Shown: positions 61,449-64,000 of the stretch, one piece after another | Layout of the letters: each line of letters starts with the position of its first letter | Position numbering within the stretch: position 1 is the stretch's first letter | Source of the DNA: Chloroflexota bacterium | GTDB lineage: Bacteria > Chloroflexota > UBA11872 > VXNJ01 | Assembly: GCA_965261345.1 (NCBI GenBank) | Contig: OZ253449.1 | Coordinates: 992,001-1,056,000 of the forward strand | Direction: 5' to 3' | Length of the DNA: 64,000 nt | Position numbers and translations under genes: made by a program | The notes under the pieces: model-generated | What the model saw: the letters and a program-made list of their open reading frames with translations, nothing else | What the model was told of the DNA's origin: nothing | Database searches by the model: none

Positions 61449-62355
61449 GCGATTCATCTCCGCCGACCGGGTAACAACCAGTTTCGGCCCGGACAATTCC
61501 GTCGTCGCGGTCGTATCGCCGGGCGAGCGATTGCGGGTCCAGGTGCGCGATGCTTACGACGGTTTTTTTGATGGCGAATCGGATATCTCGAGCTTCCTGC
61601 AGGCCCGCAGCCCGGCGAAGATGAATCCGGCCACCGGCCCGCTACGAGTTGAGGGCGCCAATCCCGGCGACGCCCTGGCGGTGACCATCGAGGCCATCAA
61701 ACTGGGGCCGGTCGGATGGGTCGCAGCCACCCCGGATACCGGGATCGCCGGCGCGGTCGCGGTAGAGCCGGCGGTGTCGCGGTTTTTGGTACGGGGCGAC
61801 GGCCTCTACCTGGACGGGAAACTGCGCTTGCCATTGCGACCGATGTTGGGAACGATTGGGGTGGCGCCGGCCGATCGCACCGAGATTGCCCTGCAGCTTG
61901 GCGAGTACGGCGGCAATCTGGACATTAACGAGGTCGCTCCAGGGGCCACGATCCATCTGCCGGTCCAGGTGGCGGGGGCCCTGCTGGCCCTAGGCGACGT
62001 TCATGCGGCGATGGGTTACGGAGAGGCCCACTCGGGGGTCAATACCCCCGCAACGGTCGACCTTACAGTCGAATTGATCAGCCCCAACCCGCACCGCGGC
62101 ATCTGGATCGAATCCCCGACCGACCTGGTAACGGTAGGGGTAGCGGCCAGTCTGGACCGCGCGCTCGCCCAGGCCGCCGAGGAGATGGAAGAGCAATTGC
62201 AGGCGCGGTTGGGGATCTCGCCGGTGGCCGCCCGGATGCTTTCGGGGTCGACCGTTGATATGCGGCTGGGGCAGGCCGGCGGCTACGGCGTCAACGTTTC
62301 CGCCCAGGCGGTATTCCCGCGGCGAATCCTAGAAACTGGAAACGCGGGCAGCTAG
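61435..62355 (+). CDS. Acetamidase/formamidase family protein
   Basis: NPATGP..VEGA.PGD, PMLGTIGVAP, GGNLD, GDVHAAMG.GE. Confidence 0.88.
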   Translation: MPISRRFISADRVTTSFGPDNSVVAVVSPGERLRVQVRDAYDGFFDGESDISSFLQARSPAKMNPATGPLRVEGANPGDALAVTIEAIKLGPVGWVAATPDTGIAGAVAVEPAVSRFLVRGDGLYLDGKLRLPLRPMLGTIGVAPADRTEIALQLGEYGGNLDINEVAPGATIHLPVQVAGALLALGDVHAAMGYGEAHSGVNTPATVDLTVELISPNPHRGIWIESPTDLVTVGVAASLDRALAQAAEEMEEQLQARLGISPVAARMLSGSTVDMRLGQAGGYGVNVSAQAVFPRRILETGNAGS

Positions 62356-62950
62356 CCCACACTTTGCACGGACCCGTTCAACCGGCCGCTATCGGCCGCC
62401 AATTTCGGTTATCGGTTGCAGCCTGACCGACTGACGCTCGCCTGACCGGCTCCCCCGCCCCCGCTGTAAGCCGTTTGTAGGGTGATGGCCGGGCATTGGG
62501 CCCGGCTTCGCCGGGGATCTGAGCGCTTTACGCTGATCGCTGCGGGGCCGGCGCCGGCCCCGCGCTCAGGCTCCCGGGGCGCGCGCCTTTATCGGGGTCC
62601 GGCGCATGAGCCGGGCCAGTATTTGCGCGAACTCGTCCTGGTACGGATAGGCGGAAGAGAACTCCAGCAGGATCCGGCGGGTGCTCTGCCTTACCCGCAC
62701 CGCCACCTTCAGGTAGCGCCGGCGGATGGTTCCCGCCAGCGGCCGCGGCGACGGGGTCGGTCGATCGGGCTCGCGATCCTGCCCGGCCGCGGCGGGATCG
62801 TCTATTCCCAGTCGCCGCAGGGCGGAGCAGAGCACGTAGGCAAGACCGGAGAAGTAAAGCCTGATCTGGTTGGCCATGAACCTCGAGGCGCTGGCGCGGT
62901 CGGCATGGAGCTGCAACTGCTCGTAGATCCGGTTTTCGCAATCGCCGCGG
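62356..62950 (-). mobile_element. IS1380-family remnant (transposase C-terminus and right end) at a CTAG target
   Basis: RGDCENRIYEQ..L.ADR.S...MANQIRLYFSGLAYVL, TIRRRYLKVAVRV..STRRI; minus-strand end GTGCAAAGTGTGGG-CTAG. Confidence 0.8.
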
Positions 62951-62954
62951 GTCC

Positions 62955-63260
62955 ACCCCGTCAACTGCGGGTGATATACGTCCCGCCACAGTCAGCATCC
63001 GCGTAATCCACCCCTACCACCCCTTGTACGGCAGGCGCTACCGGGTCATTAACGTCGCCGCCGGCTGGGGCCGGGAGAGGATCTTCTGCCACGACGGGGA
63101 CCGCCGCGTCGTCACCTTCCCGGTCGGATTTACCGACTACCTGCCCCGGGACCCGTTCGTTGTCGCCGCCGGGGGCCGATCGCCGTTCCGGGCCCGGGAT
63201 CTGCTGGAGCTTGCCGAGTTTGTCGAGAGCCTTGCCAAAGATGCTGGAGACGTAAAGTGA
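62955..63260 (+). CDS. DUF5372 (Y4bD/Y4pK)-like ORF with no start codon ahead of its first conserved motif
   Basis: Frame reads PSTAG..IRVIHPYHPLYGRRY...FPVGFTD..DPFVV..GRSPFR..DLLELA. Confidence 0.7.
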   Translation, partial: TPSTAGDIRPATVSIRVIHPYHPLYGRRYRVINVAAGWGRERIFCHDGDRRVVTFPVGFTDYLPRDPFVVAAGGRSPFRARDLLELAEFVESLAKDAGDVK

Positions 63261-63389
63261 TTGGAGCCGCCGCTGTAAACGTAATTACGACCGTAGCCTA
63301 CATCCTGACTGCGATTAACAGGATGTTGCTACAGATGGTAGTACGCATTGCGGAGGCCGAACGGTGCCGACCAAAGGGCCGTCAGGGCG

Positions 63390-63435
63390 TTGACAGATCC
63401 GATGGATGGGGCAACAATGGATTTGCATATTGCCC
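63390..63435 (+). promoter_or_regulatory. Promoter with overlapping inverted-repeat operator
   Basis: TTGACA-17 bp-AACAAT; GGGCAA...TTGCCC inverted repeat spans the -10; GGAGGA RBS follows. Confidence 0.55.
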
Positions 63436-63450
63436 GCATGGAGGACTGCG

Positions 63451-63903
63451 ATGGCGACCGATGGCGAGAGCAAGCAGGAGGTCCTGCGGCGCAGCGGGGC
63501 GCTCAACCCCCACCCGGAACGGGTGCGCGACGATCTCTTCTGCGAGCATCCCTTCTTCGACCCCTGTGACCTGGTGCAGGTGCGCTACGAGATGCTTAGC
63601 CGGGTCTGCCGCGACGGGATGTCGATCGCCCAGAGCGCCAGGACCTTCGGGTTCACCCGCCCCACCTGGTACAAGGCCAGGCGGGCGTTCGCCGAGCGCG
63701 GCCTGGCCGGCCTTGTATCCGAGCGCCCCGGTCCGCGCCATGCCCGCAAGCTGGGGCCCGAGATCATGGAGTACCTGTTGGCGGTGCGGGCCGAGCGGCC
63801 CGGGATCGGGTCGCGGCGCCTGGTCGGGATGGTCGAGGAGCGCTTCGGCCTGTCGGTGCATAGGCGCAGCATCGAGCGGGCGCTGCGGCGGGCAAAAAAT
63901 TAA
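63451..63903 (+). CDS. HTH protein of a recombinase-associated mobile element
   Basis: LRRSGALNPHPERVRD.LF..HPFFDP.DLVQVRYEML, FGFTRPTWY, GLAGL...PGPR, VHRRSIERAL. Confidence 0.8.
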   Translation: MATDGESKQEVLRRSGALNPHPERVRDDLFCEHPFFDPCDLVQVRYEMLSRVCRDGMSIAQSARTFGFTRPTWYKARRAFAERGLAGLVSERPGPRHARKLGPEIMEYLLAVRAERPGIGSRRLVGMVEERFGLSVHRRSIERALRRAKN

Positions 63904-64000
63904 CCCGCCCGGATCTGGATCCGGGCGCTGCCCCAACCACCGCGACCGCGACCTACGAGCGCCTGCGGCGCCAGGCGCTATGGCCCGACGGGGCCGCCGA

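Overview
GC-rich bacterial chromosome segment. 16S rRNA features and gene content (luciferase-like monooxygenase, PhyH dioxygenase, enolase-superfamily enzyme, sugar isomerases, alternative complex III) point to a divergent Chloroflexota lineage; this is inference, with no database search. Core and metabolic genes include mnmE, nhaA, lipA, a 2-oxoacid/acetoin dehydrogenase E1a-E1b-E2 cluster, nrdB, GH127, GH4, map, a liv-type ABC transporter, msrA, ACIII, trxB, uxaE and an lgoD-like dehydrogenase. Most notable: (1) a stand-alone 16S gene with no 23S/5S, followed directly by a minimal 276-nt RNase P RNA and an initiator tRNA-Met with U1-A72; this 16S mismatches 341F/EUB338, 515F and 806R, with compensatory base changes; (2) at the right edge, a DUF5372/HTH mobile element with a start-less terminal ORF and a strong -1 frameshift signal; (3) a triple-nested IS1182>IS21>ISNCY-like insertion in the CTAG stop codon of livK; (4) an orphan class Ic (Mn/Fe) RNR R2; (5) an ACIII operon with split ActB and actF before actC; (6) a 245-bp IS3-associated duplication that appears to rescue an SDR gene. 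No CRISPR array was seen.
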